Position numbers and translations under genes: made by a program. Below, in pieces: positions 20,104-30,665 of a stretch of 64,000 nucleotides of DNA; position 1 is the stretch's first letter, and every line of letters begins with the position of its first letter. This DNA is from an uncultured Ruficoccus sp. (lineage in GTDB: Bacteria; Verrucomicrobiota; Verrucomicrobiia; Opitutales; Cerasicoccaceae). The notes beneath the pieces were generated by a model that had not been told where the DNA came from, ran no database searches, and was given only the letters and a program-made list of their open reading frames with translations. The stretch lies in NCBI GenBank assembly GCA_965140785.1, contig OZ223510.1, forward strand, positions 32,001-96,000, in the 5' to 3' direction.

Positions 20104-20183
20104 GGGCAGGTCTTTGATAGAGGGGGGCAGGGGTTGGCCCTTACCGTATCGAAACGGGGTGGAAGGAAGAAACACTTCCGGTT

Positions 20184-20268
20184 TTTATACAAATAAACTG
20201 GAGGATGCCTGAAAATGGCGAAGCGGGTGATTTCTGCCGGATTCAACCCCACCAATTATATGTATAAA
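20184..20268. promoter_or_regulatory. Two candidate operators in the GH10/pilin divergent promoter
   Basis: tttatacaaataaa (20184-20197) and attatatgtataaa (20255-20268). Confidence 0.6.
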
Positions 20269-20325
20269 TTTCATTGAAGCTGTGCGACATTAATGACCAT
20301 GGTAAGGTGCTGTCCATTGGAACGC

Positions 20326-21018
20326 ATGACCATTTCCCCTTACCCCCTGTCCCGCTCTCGTGGCTTCTCCCTGGTTGAATTGCTGATGGTGATCGCGATT
20401 ATCGCCATCCTCGCAGCGATATTGATCCCCGTTACCAGTTCGATCCGCAAGCAGGGGTATGTTACGCATAACCTGGCCAACCTGCGAGCCTTACAGGCGG
20501 CGAATATCCTCTACGCGCAGGAAAACGACGGCAGCTTCGTGCCGGTGGGGGCGTTTAACGAAAACGGCAGCTACGGGAGCTTCTGGTATCAGCGGGACGA
20601 TTTCGTCGTCGAGTATTTGGAAATTCCAGACCCCTCCGATTGGCCGGAAAACCGGCTCTCCCCGCTGGCGACCCAGCGCAACCCGGCGGGCGAACTTTAT
20701 ATCTCGCGTTCGTACGGGTATAATTTTACCGAGCTGGGCGCCTATGGGGTGGCCAACACCTCCCGGGTGGCCACCATCAATACGGTGGCGGATCCAGCTC
20801 AGACCCTGGCCTTCGCCGATGCGCTGGACTGGCAGATACAAATGAGCGGAGCCAACCGCTATGTGAGCGAAGAGGCCGACGTCAACGTGAACCAGAACAA
20901 TGCCATCGCCTACCGCTATGACGGGGCCGCAGGTGTTGTTTACTTCGATGGCCACACGGCCATGCTCAAGCGGGCAGACGTGGTCGATAACGAAAAACTC
21001 TGGCTCATCCGCGAGTAA
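20326..21018 (+). CDS. Prepilin-type N-terminal cleavage/methylation protein with H-X9-DG-like C-terminus
   Basis: RGFSLVELLMVIAIIAILAAILIP; SYGYN; AYRYDGAAGVVYFDGH. Confidence 0.92.
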   Translation: MTISPYPLSRSRGFSLVELLMVIAIIAILAAILIPVTSSIRKQGYVTHNLANLRALQAANILYAQENDGSFVPVGAFNENGSYGSFWYQRDDFVVEYLEIPDPSDWPENRLSPLATQRNPAGELYISRSYGYNFTELGAYGVANTSRVATINTVADPAQTLAFADALDWQIQMSGANRYVSEEADVNVNQNNAIAYRYDGAAGVVYFDGHTAMLKRADVVDNEKLWLIRE

Positions 21019-21223
21019 AGGCGGACCCGGCCTAAAGGCAAAGACGGCCCCTTGGCATCCTTGGGATACGCATCCGTCGTAGCTGCATGGCTTGATGGAA
21101 CATTAATCCAGAAATTAAGACATCTGTCGTCTGGATGTATTTATCTATCTAAGGTAATTCTGTGTGGATTCCATAACACCCGAAACATAATTCACTTTCC
21201 TGAATGATAATCCTTTGAGCCCC

Positions 21224-22944
21224 ATGAATACGATAGCATGCAATTCCGCCACTCACGAACGACTCCTCAACGGCCTGTGGGATTTTTCCTTCCTGGGCGA
21301 TGTCGATCCCGACCGGGTGCCCGAACCGTCGAGCATCTCGTGGAAAAAGGTCATGGTGCCTTCCGCCTTTGATGCCTTACTCAAGACCCAGGGCAAGCGC
21401 GGCTTGGCGCTCTACAGGCGGGAACTCCCGCTGCCCGCCGGGCAGGACGGCGAGCTGTGGTTCGGGGCTTTGTCGATGTGGAGCCGCGTTTATGTCGATG
21501 GCGAACTGCTGCGGGAGAACGCCTGCGGTTACGAGCCCCTGCGTGTGCGTGTGCCCGCCTCGCCCAGCGAGAAGCGCGAGCTGCTCGTGGTGGTGGATAA
21601 CCGCTTCGACTTCGAGCGCGTGCCCATGCACGAGGAGTATTTTGATTTCTATCAGTACGGGGGCATTTTGCGGGAGGTGAAGCTACGCCTGCTGCCCCGG
21701 CAGGGGCCGTGGATCCAAGCGGTCCGCGTTACGCCCACTGAGGAGTATCGGGCAGGCAAGGTCACCGTCGATGTTATGATCGAGGGGGAGCAGGGAGACG
21801 GTTTGCAGATCATGGCTGGCTTCGACGGCGAGGCGCCCCGTGTGGTTTCAGCCGCACCCGGAGTGATCGAGGGCGGGCTGCGCGTGAGCTTGACGGTTCC
21901 GGCTCCACGGCTGTGGAGCCCGGATGAGCCGAACCTGCATGGGCTTGAGATCGCTCTGGACGATGGCACGGGGACGATTATTGACCGGCGTTGCGTACGC
22001 TTCGGGCTGCGCCGGATCGAAGCCCGCGAGGCCCGGCTTTGGCTCAATGGCGAACCGCTCATCCTCAAGGGTTACAACCGGCATGAGTGGCACCCCAGCG
22101 TCGGCCCCTGTACGCCGCCCCCGCTGATGTTCGAAGATATCGAGCTGATGAAGGATTTGGGCTGCAACTTTGTGCGCGGCTCGCACTACCCCCCCAGGAC
22201 CAGCGATTCCTCGACCTGTGCGACGAACTCGGACTGCTCGTGTGGGAGGAGAACCTCGGCTGGGGCCAGCGGGAGAAGACCTTCGCCAGTGAGAAGTTCG
22301 TGCGCGACCACCGCCAGTCGCTGATTTCGATGGTCCACGAAAGCTATAACCATCCCAGCATTATCTGCTGGGGTTTTCTGAACGAGGCGGGCAGCGACTC
22401 GGCGTACTCGCGGGCGGTCTTCGAAGAGAGCGCGGCGCTGCTGCGTGAACTCGACCCCAGCCGGCTCGTGACGTACGCCACCATGTTTCCCTTGACGGAC
22501 CTCCATTACGACCTGGTGGACCTGATCAGCATCAACACCTATCCGGGCTGGTATGCCTGCGAAAGTGTGGCGGACCCGGTCTCCCTGATCAAACCGCGAC
22601 TGGAGGCTCTTGTCGCATCGGTGGACGAACGGGGCTTTAAGGACAAGCCGGTGATGATCTCCGAAATCGGCGCCGAGGCCCTCTACGGCTGGCGCGACGG
22701 GCACAACGACTTTTTCACCGAAAGCTATCAGGCCCGCTACCTGGCTACCGCCCTTGAAGGGGTCCTGGACAACCCGCGCTACAGCGGTATCTCGCTCTGG
22801 CTGTTCAGCGATACGCGCACCTATAGTGGCGGGTTTTCGCTGATGCGTCCGCGTACCTATAACAATAAAGGGACCCTGGACGAGTACCGGCGGCCGAAAG
22901 AAGCGTATGCCGTGGTTAAGCGGGCCTTTACCGGCGGATGTTAG
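21224..22944 (+). pseudogene. GH2 beta-glucuronidase-like enzyme, split by a frameshift in a C7 run
   Basis: LKGYNRHE, NFVRGSHYP|QDQRFLDLCDELG, WGFLNE, ISEIGAE, NNKG. Frame change at 22189-22195. Confidence 0.85.
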
Positions 22945-23046
22945 TCAGCAAACGGCGATACGCGGGGTGAAAAATCTACGGCCCGGATCGACATCCGGGG
23001 CAGGGGAGCGCTGACGCGGGTCTCCCGGCTCGTTTAGCGGTATCGC

Positions 23047-25866
23047 CTAAGCCTTCATCTTGTGCTGGCTGGCTTTAGCGAGGACGGCTTTCAGATTCTT
23101 GGTCAGGATGGGTTTGCCCAAATGCTCGTTCATACCTGCATCGAGGCAGTCCTGCTTGTCATCGCCATGCGTGTAGGCGGTGAGGGCGCAAATAAAGGTG
23201 TCTTCGTTTTGCTTGCCGGCGTCTCCCTGGCGGATGAAGCGGGTCGCTTCCAGGCCATTCATACCGGTCATCTCGACGTCCATGAAAATAATATCGAAGC
23301 GCTCCCGGCGAAGCCGTTCCAGGGCGATCTCCCCGGAGGAAGCCGTCTCGCAGTGGTGCCCCATCTGCTTGATGATTTCGTGGAGGAGTTGGCGGGTCTG
23401 GGCCTCGTCCTCGACCAGGAGGATGTGCAGAGGCTCCAGCGGCTGGCGCTCTTCTTCACGGGGGAGGAGGGGCGCGTCCTGCTGAATGATCTCACCCTCG
23501 ACGGTAAAGTAAAAGGTCGTGCCCCGGCCTTCGTGGCTCTCGGCCCAGATGTCTCCGCCCAGCAGGTGGCAGATTTTCTGACAGATAGCCAGTCCCAGGC
23601 CGGTGCCGCCAAATTTTCGCGTGGAGGAGGAGTCCACCTGGCTGAAGCTCTTGAAGAGCGTGTTCAGCTTATCGCGGGGGATGCCCACCCCCGTGTCGCG
23701 CACGGCAAAAATATAGGTCCAGTGGCCGGGGTGGTTGGCCGAGGGCTTGGCCGAGACGGAGATGCGGATCGAGCCCTCATGGGTGAATTTGATGGCGTTG
23801 CCCACCACATTAAGGAGGATCTGGCGCAGCTCCAGGTAGTCGGTTTTAACCAGCGAAGGCGTGTGTTCCTCGATCTCGTAAGTCAGCTCCAGGTTCTTTT
23901 GGCTGGCCTCGACGCCCAGGGCTTCCTCCACCTCGCTCAGCAGTAAGGGGATGTCCGTGTCGCGGTTTTCGAGCACGATCCGGCCCGAATCCAGGCGGCT
24001 GTAGTTGAGCACGTTGTTGATGAGTTCGAGCAGGGTGTAGGCGTTGGCCTTGATGATATCGATGGACTCGATCTGGTCCTCATCCTCGGTCTGCTCGCGC
24101 AGGAGGTCGGCAAAGCCGATGATCGAGTTCATCGGGGTGCGGATCTCGTGGCTCATCACGGCCAGGAACTCGTCCTTGCTGCGGTTGGCGGTGTCGGCGG
24201 CCTCTTTGGACTTTTTCAGCTCCTGCTCGTAGCGGATACGGTCGGTGATGTCGTTGACGAGAGAGGCGATGCCGACAATGGTGCCGCTCTCGTTCACCAA
24301 CGGCGTGTTGTACCACTCGCAGGTGATGGCGGTGCCGTCCCGGGTGACATTTTCGTTGGTGCTGCTGAACCCGCCCTTGTTTTCCAGGAGCTGGTTAAAG
24401 ATTTGGTCCCCGACGTGCAGCATGTTCTCGTGCATGAGCCAGGTGTAGGGCTGGCCGACGATTTCCTCGGCGGTGTAGCCGAAAATGCGCTCGGCGGCGG
24501 GGTTCCAGGATGTGATGCGTCGCTGCACGTCCCACTCGATGAAGGCGAGAGGGGTGCGCTGGACGTGGAACTGGAGGCGCTGCTGGGCTTCCAGGCGCTG
24601 TTGCTCGGCGTTCATGCGTACGCTGATATCCCGGCAGCAGGCGATGATCCCGACGACCTCGCCGCGGAAGTTTTTCTCCTGGCTGAGGGAAAGGTGGGCA
24701 TGAAAGACGCGTCCGCCGCTGTGCTTGAGTTGGGTTTCCACCACATGGTTGCCATGGATCAAGAGCGGCTCCAGGAAATGGCGGTTGACGAACTGCTCAT
24801 CCGGTTCGGGCAGCAGGTCGATGAGTTTGCTGCCAACGGCCTCGGTCGCGTTGAGGCCGAAAAGCTTTTCGGCCTGAAGGTTCCAGGACTTGATATTGCC
24901 GTCAATGTCGGCTCCGACAATGGCCTCACCGAGCTGCTCCAGGATGCGCGCTTGGCGCTGCAGGACATCCTGGGTGCGTTCTCGCTCCAGCTCCATCTCG
25001 GCCCGGGCGGCGAAGACGCGCAGTGCCAGCAGCACGAAGTCGAGGTTTTCGATGCGCTGGCGGTGCATCACACACAGCAGGCCCGTTACCTCTTTGTCGC
25101 GGTTGAGCAAAGGTAAGCCGATGTAGGCCTCGGCCTCAAGCCGCCCAAGCTCGGAGTCATTGGGAAAGTTTTTTTGCACGTTGGCCTGGAGCACATAAGG
25201 CTCGCCTTTGAGCAGGTGTTCGCAGGGGGTGCCGAAGAGAGAGTAATCGAAATTCGCGGACGGGGCGTTTTTATAGGAAAAGGACAGGGTCCGCACACGG
25301 GCCCGGTCCGGCTTGGTGAGTTCGCCGACAATGGCGTAATCCAGATTGAGCGTTTCGGTGATGTAGTGGGTCAGCTCCCGGAAAAAAGCCGTGCCCGAAA
25401 CCGCGGTAATGGAGACGGCAATGCGCTCCAAGGCGCGCTCGGCCGACTTGCTGGCCCGCTTGGCCTGGTAGTGGTCGATAATCCGGACGATGGTGTGCGG
25501 GAGATAGACCAGGTAGCGTCCGTCGGGGTCGATCTCGATATAGTCCTGAATCCCGCCCTGAAAAGCCGTTACAGCCCGCTCGCGGGAGGGGGCACGGTCG
25601 AGCATGATCGTGGGAATCTGCTCGGCCCGCAGGCGAGAGCGACAGCAGTCCCAGCCGTCGGCGTGGGCGGCGGTCGCATCGACCAGAACGACATCGAACT
25701 GCCGGTCTTTTTTGCCCAGAACGGTTTCGGCGTCTTCCCAACTGGGTACGACGGTGAAGGCGGCCTCGGTGGAAAAGTCCTTCAGGCTTTGCGCTACCGA
25801 TTGGTGCTCATTCTCCAGCAGTCCAACGGCGAGAATGGAGACCTTTTCCGTATATTTTTTTGCCAT
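23047..25866 (-). CDS. Hybrid sensor histidine kinase (REC-like, GAF, PAS, PAS, HisKA, HATPase, REC)
   Basis: Motifs FLAVMSHEIRTPMN, LNVVGNAIKFT, DTGVGI, GGTGLGL; C-terminal FDIIFMDVEM. Confidence 0.95.
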   Translation of the reverse strand: MAKKYTEKVSILAVGLLENEHQSVAQSLKDFSTEAAFTVVPSWEDAETVLGKKDRQFDVVLVDATAAHADGWDCCRSRLRAEQIPTIMLDRAPSRERAVTAFQGGIQDYIEIDPDGRYLVYLPHTIVRIIDHYQAKRASKSAERALERIAVSITAVSGTAFFRELTHYITETLNLDYAIVGELTKPDRARVRTLSFSYKNAPSANFDYSLFGTPCEHLLKGEPYVLQANVQKNFPNDSELGRLEAEAYIGLPLLNRDKEVTGLLCVMHRQRIENLDFVLLALRVFAARAEMELERERTQDVLQRQARILEQLGEAIVGADIDGNIKSWNLQAEKLFGLNATEAVGSKLIDLLPEPDEQFVNRHFLEPLLIHGNHVVETQLKHSGGRVFHAHLSLSQEKNFRGEVVGIIACCRDISVRMNAEQQRLEAQQRLQFHVQRTPLAFIEWDVQRRITSWNPAAERIFGYTAEEIVGQPYTWLMHENMLHVGDQIFNQLLENKGGFSSTNENVTRDGTAITCEWYNTPLVNESGTIVGIASLVNDITDRIRYEQELKKSKEAADTANRSKDEFLAVMSHEIRTPMNSIIGFADLLREQTEDEDQIESIDIIKANAYTLLELINNVLNYSRLDSGRIVLENRDTDIPLLLSEVEEALGVEASQKNLELTYEIEEHTPSLVKTDYLELRQILLNVVGNAIKFTHEGSIRISVSAKPSANHPGHWTYIFAVRDTGVGIPRDKLNTLFKSFSQVDSSSTRKFGGTGLGLAICQKICHLLGGDIWAESHEGRGTTFYFTVEGEIIQQDAPLLPREEERQPLEPLHILLVEDEAQTRQLLHEIIKQMGHHCETASSGEIALERLRRERFDIIFMDVEMTGMNGLEATRFIRQGDAGKQNEDTFICALTAYTHGDDKQDCLDAGMNEHLGKPILTKNLKAVLAKASQHKMKA

Positions 25867-26105
25867 TATTGCGTGACGGGTGCCAATTCCTGTAACTGGG
25901 CTGTAAATATGAGCTTTCTGCAACACATGGCAAGCACTGGCATGGTTGGTGCTAAATAATTTAATGAGTGTAACAAGTTGGGCTCATGGGATAGCTAAAG
26001 GAGAGGCTCGGCGGTTTGGGGTTCCGTCGGGCCTCTCTGCTTTTTGAGAGGAGTGGAATCGCCGGGCAATTTACTGCAGGGAGCGATGTATGTCGGCGTG
26101 ACGGT

Positions 26106-26423
26106 TCACTCGACCGGTTCGCCAAGTTCAGCCAACAGGTGCCGGGCTTCGTCGGCGGGGTCGTCGTGGTGCTGCTCGATCGCGAGACGCAGCCCCTCCC
26201 GCAGGTAGGGGATGGCTTCCTCGCGATGGCCGGTTTCCATCAGCGCCTTACCCAGCATAATACGCGGGAGCATCCAGTCCTCGCGGCTTTCGCTACAAAA
26301 GCGCAGGTGCTCAATAGCTTCCTCCCACTGAGCCTCCTGGGAGAGGGCTTGGGCCATGCTGAAGCGAAAGAGCGGGTTTTGCGGATTGGCGGCGAGGCGT
26401 TCGCGCAGCAAGTCGATATTCAT
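26106..26423 (-). CDS. Small TPR-like protein
   Basis: NPQNPLFRFSMAQAL..LGKALMETGHREEA helical repeats. Confidence 0.8.
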   Translation of the reverse strand: MNIDLLRERLAANPQNPLFRFSMAQALSQEAQWEEAIEHLRFCSESREDWMLPRIMLGKALMETGHREEAIPYLREGLRLAIEQHHDDPADEARHLLAELGEPVE

Positions 26424-26432
26424 AGCAAGGTG

Positions 26433-27203
26433 TCAGGCGGGTTCCGCAAAGATAGCGATAGCGGTGATGTTGTCCGGTCCGCCTCGTTCGTTGGCGAGGT
26501 CGATAATATGCCGAACAAAAGCCTCCGGCGAGGTGGCGGCGATGATCAGCCCGTGGACTTCTTCCATCGTCATGGTTTTGGAGACCCCGTCGCTGAAGAG
26601 CAGGAGGCGGTCGCCCGGCTCTATTTGTTCGTTCAGGATATCGACTTTCACCTTGCCGGTCTGGCCGAGGCAGCGGGTCAGGGTGTGGTTAAAGTAATCG
26701 GGGATGTAGGCCTCCTCGCCGGGATCGAGCTGGCTGATCATTTCCTGGGCCATGGTGTGATCCCGGGTCAGCTGACGCCACTGGTCGGGCTTAAAGACCA
26801 CCAACGCGGTGTCGCCGATATGGCCTACAGTGAGACGATTCCCGGCGATGTGGGCAACGGTGAGCGTCGTGCCGATACCGAGATCGGAACTGACTTCATG
26901 GCCACGGTCGTAAACCTCTTCATTGATGCGCCTGAAAATGGGGACAAAATCCACCTCATCAGTGGCTCTGCGCTGGCCTGTCCACTGCCGCAGGGCGTCG
27001 ATGGCGATTTCGCTGGCCATGGCACCCTCGGGCAAGCCGCCGAGGCCGTCAGCCACGGCATAGATACGTTGGGGTGCGTTCAGCAGGAAGCCGTCTTCGT
27101 TGTTGCTGCGCATGAGCCCGCAGTCGGTGTCACCGTAGGCTTGCAGGGGCAAGTCGTCGGTGGGGGCTAAGGTAGCCGGGGGTCTGTCGGGCTTTCCGGG
27201 CAT
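26433..27203 (-). CDS. PP2C (Stp1-like) Ser/Thr phosphatase
   Basis: Motifs RSNNED, VADGLGG, GTT, HIGD, LLFSDG, GGPDNIT. Confidence 0.95.
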   Translation of the reverse strand: MPGKPDRPPATLAPTDDLPLQAYGDTDCGLMRSNNEDGFLLNAPQRIYAVADGLGGLPEGAMASEIAIDALRQWTGQRRATDEVDFVPIFRRINEEVYDRGHEVSSDLGIGTTLTVAHIAGNRLTVGHIGDTALVVFKPDQWRQLTRDHTMAQEMISQLDPGEEAYIPDYFNHTLTRCLGQTGKVKVDILNEQIEPGDRLLLFSDGVSKTMTMEEVHGLIIAATSPEAFVRHIIDLANERGGPDNITAIAIFAEPA

Positions 27204-27383
27204 TCAGGTAACTATAATATCTGCGCCCCGTCTTGTAAAGATAATCCCTCTGTTGCGAAGACAGGGCGCAAAAGGTGTGAGAAGCGTTAAGTCTATGACT
27301 ATGAGCAGAAAAGATGCCGGATCGGGAATCGGGTCAAGCTTTTGCTGCTGCGCCGGGCAGCGGAATCCACCCTGCCGGACGGC

Positions 27384-28250
27384 TCAGTAAACTTCGCTCA
27401 CATTGACGGTGACCGAGAGGGTGCTGGTAACGCCTCCCGGACCGGTGTAGCTGCCCGAAACCGGCGGCACCATCTCGGGGTGGCGGGCGATGGCGGTGGC
27501 GATGTGGTCGGGACCGGCCATGCGTCCGCTGGTGTTGTCAAAACCGCGCCAGCCCAGGCCGGGGATATACACCTCGGACCAGGCGTGAGTCGAGCCGGCG
27601 GCGAAGGCCAGGTCCGGCGCATGGAGATAGCCGCTGACGAAGCGCGCGGCCATGCCCAGGTAGCGGCAGGTTTCGATGAAAAGCGTGGCATAGTCGCGGC
27701 AGGAGCCGCCGCGTTTATGAAGGGTTTCAATCGGCGTCTGCACGCCTTCCTCCTCGCGCATGGCGTACTGGAAGTTGTTGGCCGTCTCTGAGGCCAGGCG
27801 GGCCAACAGGTCCGCCGTGCACCACTCGGACTGCTCCGCCAGGATGCTGTCCACCCATTGGCCGACCTGCCCCTGGTCGTGGAGATAGGAGGGTGTCTGG
27901 AACGCAATCAGGTCAAGGCGCTCCTGCGAGTTGTAGTTAAAGGGCCATTTCTCGGCAGTGTCGGAAATTTGCAGGCCGGGGTCCTCGACTTCAAATTGCT
28001 GGAGCGTGACTTCACTGGTGATGCTCAGGTTAACCGCGTCGGAGCCGTCGAAATCGACGCGCGCGACGGAATTGCCGTAGAGGTCGCGTTGCCAGAGGGT
28101 TTGGGTCGGGACAGGGCTGATGACCAGGCTGCTGCGGTCGATGAGCACATCGTGTCCGGCGCGGGGCCGCAGGAGCAGAGTATGGCGCCCGAGACGGACC
28201 GGTTGGGAGAAATTATACTGAGTGGCGTGATGGATGGAGAGATGTTTCAT
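27384..28250 (-). CDS. Transglutaminase-like family protein
   Basis: Motifs GSCRDYA, ARFVSGYL, THAWSEVYIPGLGWRGFD. Confidence 0.93.
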   Translation of the reverse strand: MKHLSIHHATQYNFSQPVRLGRHTLLLRPRAGHDVLIDRSSLVISPVPTQTLWQRDLYGNSVARVDFDGSDAVNLSITSEVTLQQFEVEDPGLQISDTAEKWPFNYNSQERLDLIAFQTPSYLHDQGQVGQWVDSILAEQSEWCTADLLARLASETANNFQYAMREEEGVQTPIETLHKRGGSCRDYATLFIETCRYLGMAARFVSGYLHAPDLAFAAGSTHAWSEVYIPGLGWRGFDNTSGRMAGPDHIATAIARHPEMVPPVSGSYTGPGGVTSTLSVTVNVSEVY

Positions 28251-28525
28251 ATAAAAAAAGGGGAGGTGAGGTTCAGGTCGCGATGCGTGCTGCTATCAAC
28301 ACAAACCGTGAAGCAAAGCGACCTCTTCAAAATGATGACTTAAAAAAACAGGCAGGCCGGGGAGAAAGCGAAAAACCCTGCTTGGGCCTTCTTGGCTTTC
28401 TCCCCGGCCTGCTTATTATATCAATAACCATAATTTGAAATTTATCAACATCGGGAGAAAGTCGCAGGAAACTTTTCGGCGGGAATCTCTCCGCGACCCG
28501 GTGCCTCGGTGTCAAATCGTAAAAA

Positions 28526-30583
28526 CTACAGCGCGAACACGTCTTCGCGGTCGTGGCGGTTGAAGCGGGCATAGTGGCGCTTGGGCAGGGCGTCGATGAA
28601 GTGCCGCCCGTACTCCTTGGTCAGGATGCGCGAGTCGAGCACGATCATGCGGCCGGTGTCGTCCTGCTTGCGGATGAGCCGCCCGATGCCCTGGCGGAAC
28701 TGGATGACCGCGTCCGGCAGGGTCATCTCGGTGAAGGGGTTGCCGCCGCGCTTGCGGATCCACTCGGACCGTGCCTCGGCCACCGGGTGGGTGGGGATCT
28801 CGAAGGGCAGGCGCGTGATAATGACCTGCGAGAGCGCCGGGCCGGGCACGTCGAAGCCGGTCCAGAAGCTTTCCGTGCCCAGCAGCACGGCATTACCCGC
28901 CTCGACGAAGCGGGCCTTCAGCTCCGAGCGGGAGAGGCCCATGCCCTGCGAAAGCAGCGGGCGGCCCTCTTTCTCCAGGGGCTCGCGCAACTGCGCCGCC
29001 ACGTGGTTCAGGTCAGCGTAGCTGGTAAAGAGTGCCAGCGTGCCGCCCTCGACCTGCCGGGCGCAGAAGCCGATGGTGTCAGCCAGGTAGCTGATGTCGA
29101 GCCGGTTGGAGGTGCGGTCCGGGCCGGGCGCGTCCTCGGCGATGTAAATCTCCACGTGGTTCTCGTAGTCGAAGGGCGAGGCCTCGACCCCGGTTTCCTC
29201 GCCCTCGGCGCCGACTCGTCGCAGGAACGGCGCCATCGAGCGCCCGCTGGTCAGGGTGGCGCTGGCCAGGGTGACGGAGGTGCTTTTTTCAAAAAGCGTC
29301 TCGCGCAAAAACTCGGCCACGTCGATGGGCGCGGTGCGCATCGTAACGATCTGGCGGCGGCGTCCGGTTTTTTCCAGCCAGTAAACGACCGCCTCGTCAT
29401 CGAGCGCGAGGCAGTGGGTGATGCCCTTGAGGTAGGCGTCGAGCCGGGCGGCGTGGTCGGAGAGTTCCTGCTGCGTGCCCTCCTCGGTAATGTCCTGGCG
29501 CAGGCGCTTGAGCAGGCCGGAGACTGCCCCCAGCGGACGGTGCAGGAGCGGGTCCGTCCAGTCGGGCTTGAGCAGGCGCAGCACGTCGCGCTTTTCCAGG
29601 TACTGGCGGCGGATGCCGTTAAAGAACGATTCGCTGGCCGAGAGGGCACGCACGACCTGCTCCTGGTCCGAACGCTGGGCGAGCTTGGCCAACAGGCCCT
29701 TTTTCGTCTTTGGGTTATAGAGGACCTTGAGGGCACGCTCGATGGCGTAGGAACTAATATTGAGGCCGCAGTGGTTAGTGGCGATCTCGGGGACGGTGTG
29801 GGCCTCGTCGAGCACGAGAAAGTCATCCGGAAAGAGCACACCGCGGGCGTCCCCAGCCGGGGAGAGCCCCGCGCTGATCAGGCTGAAGAGCAGGCTGTGA
29901 TTGACGATGACGACCTGGGCCTGCGCGCGCTCGGCCTGCGCCTTGCGGTAGAAGCAGGTCTGCGGGGTGCAGTTTTTCGAATTGCAGGAGGAGGCGTCGG
30001 CGTTGACCCACTCCCAAACCTCGGGGGAGGGGGCGGGGACGAGTTCCTCGCGCAGGCCGGTCTGGGTCTGGGTGGACCACTCGCAGATGCGCTCCAGCTC
30101 CTCGGCCTGGACTTGATTAAACAGGTCGCCCCGGGTCTGAATCGCCCGCGCCAGCCGGTGGCCGCACAGGTAGTTGCCGCGCCCAACCAGTAGCGCCACC
30201 CGGAAGTCCCGGAAGCGCTCCAACTGCGGCATCTGGTCGAAGAGCCGCCGCACCAGCGGGATGTCGTGGTTTTTCAACTGCTGCTGGAGCGCGATGGTGT
30301 GCGAGGACACCAGCAGGGGGCGCTTTTCGCTGACGGCCTGAAGGATACCGGGGACAAGGTAGGCGAGGCTCTTGCCCACGCCCGTTCCTGCCTCGAAAAC
30401 CAGCGGAATGTCCGTCGCCATGGCGCGGGAAACGGCCTGGGCCATCGCTTCTTGCTGCGGACGGTGCTCCAGCATCAGCCGCTCGGCCAGCCAGCCGCCG
30501 GGCGCGAACACCCGGTCCGCCAGCTCCACCGGGAGCGGCGTCGAGGGCAACGGGCTTCCCCCGCCTTCACGAAATCCTATCAT
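28526..30583 (-). CDS. DinG/YoaA family ATP-dependent DNA helicase
   Basis: Motifs EAGTGVGKSLAYL, Fe-S cysteines, DEAH, SAT, RQGIGRLIR. Confidence 0.95.
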   Translation of the reverse strand: MIGFREGGGSPLPSTPLPVELADRVFAPGGWLAERLMLEHRPQQEAMAQAVSRAMATDIPLVFEAGTGVGKSLAYLVPGILQAVSEKRPLLVSSHTIALQQQLKNHDIPLVRRLFDQMPQLERFRDFRVALLVGRGNYLCGHRLARAIQTRGDLFNQVQAEELERICEWSTQTQTGLREELVPAPSPEVWEWVNADASSCNSKNCTPQTCFYRKAQAERAQAQVVIVNHSLLFSLISAGLSPAGDARGVLFPDDFLVLDEAHTVPEIATNHCGLNISSYAIERALKVLYNPKTKKGLLAKLAQRSDQEQVVRALSASESFFNGIRRQYLEKRDVLRLLKPDWTDPLLHRPLGAVSGLLKRLRQDITEEGTQQELSDHAARLDAYLKGITHCLALDDEAVVYWLEKTGRRRQIVTMRTAPIDVAEFLRETLFEKSTSVTLASATLTSGRSMAPFLRRVGAEGEETGVEASPFDYENHVEIYIAEDAPGPDRTSNRLDISYLADTIGFCARQVEGGTLALFTSYADLNHVAAQLREPLEKEGRPLLSQGMGLSRSELKARFVEAGNAVLLGTESFWTGFDVPGPALSQVIITRLPFEIPTHPVAEARSEWIRKRGGNPFTEMTLPDAVIQFRQGIGRLIRKQDDTGRMIVLDSRILTKEYGRHFIDALPKRHYARFNRHDREDVFAL

Positions 30584-30665
30584 CGCCCAGCAGCATCGTC
30601 CAACACCCTACCACTGGCAAGCCAGCAAGGCAGCGGTTTTTCTGGGCTCTCGTAAGTTCCGGGCT

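Noticed and set aside
21140..21153. tttatctatctaag as another module 1 operator upstream of GH2
   Set aside because: Too many mismatches to the consensus to count.
28553..30193. Long antisense ORFs (for example 28553-30193, 4599-6047, 39433-40830, 47238-48590, 50165-51748)
   Set aside because: They shadow well-supported genes on the opposite strand, which is expected in high-GC coding DNA, and show no family motifs.
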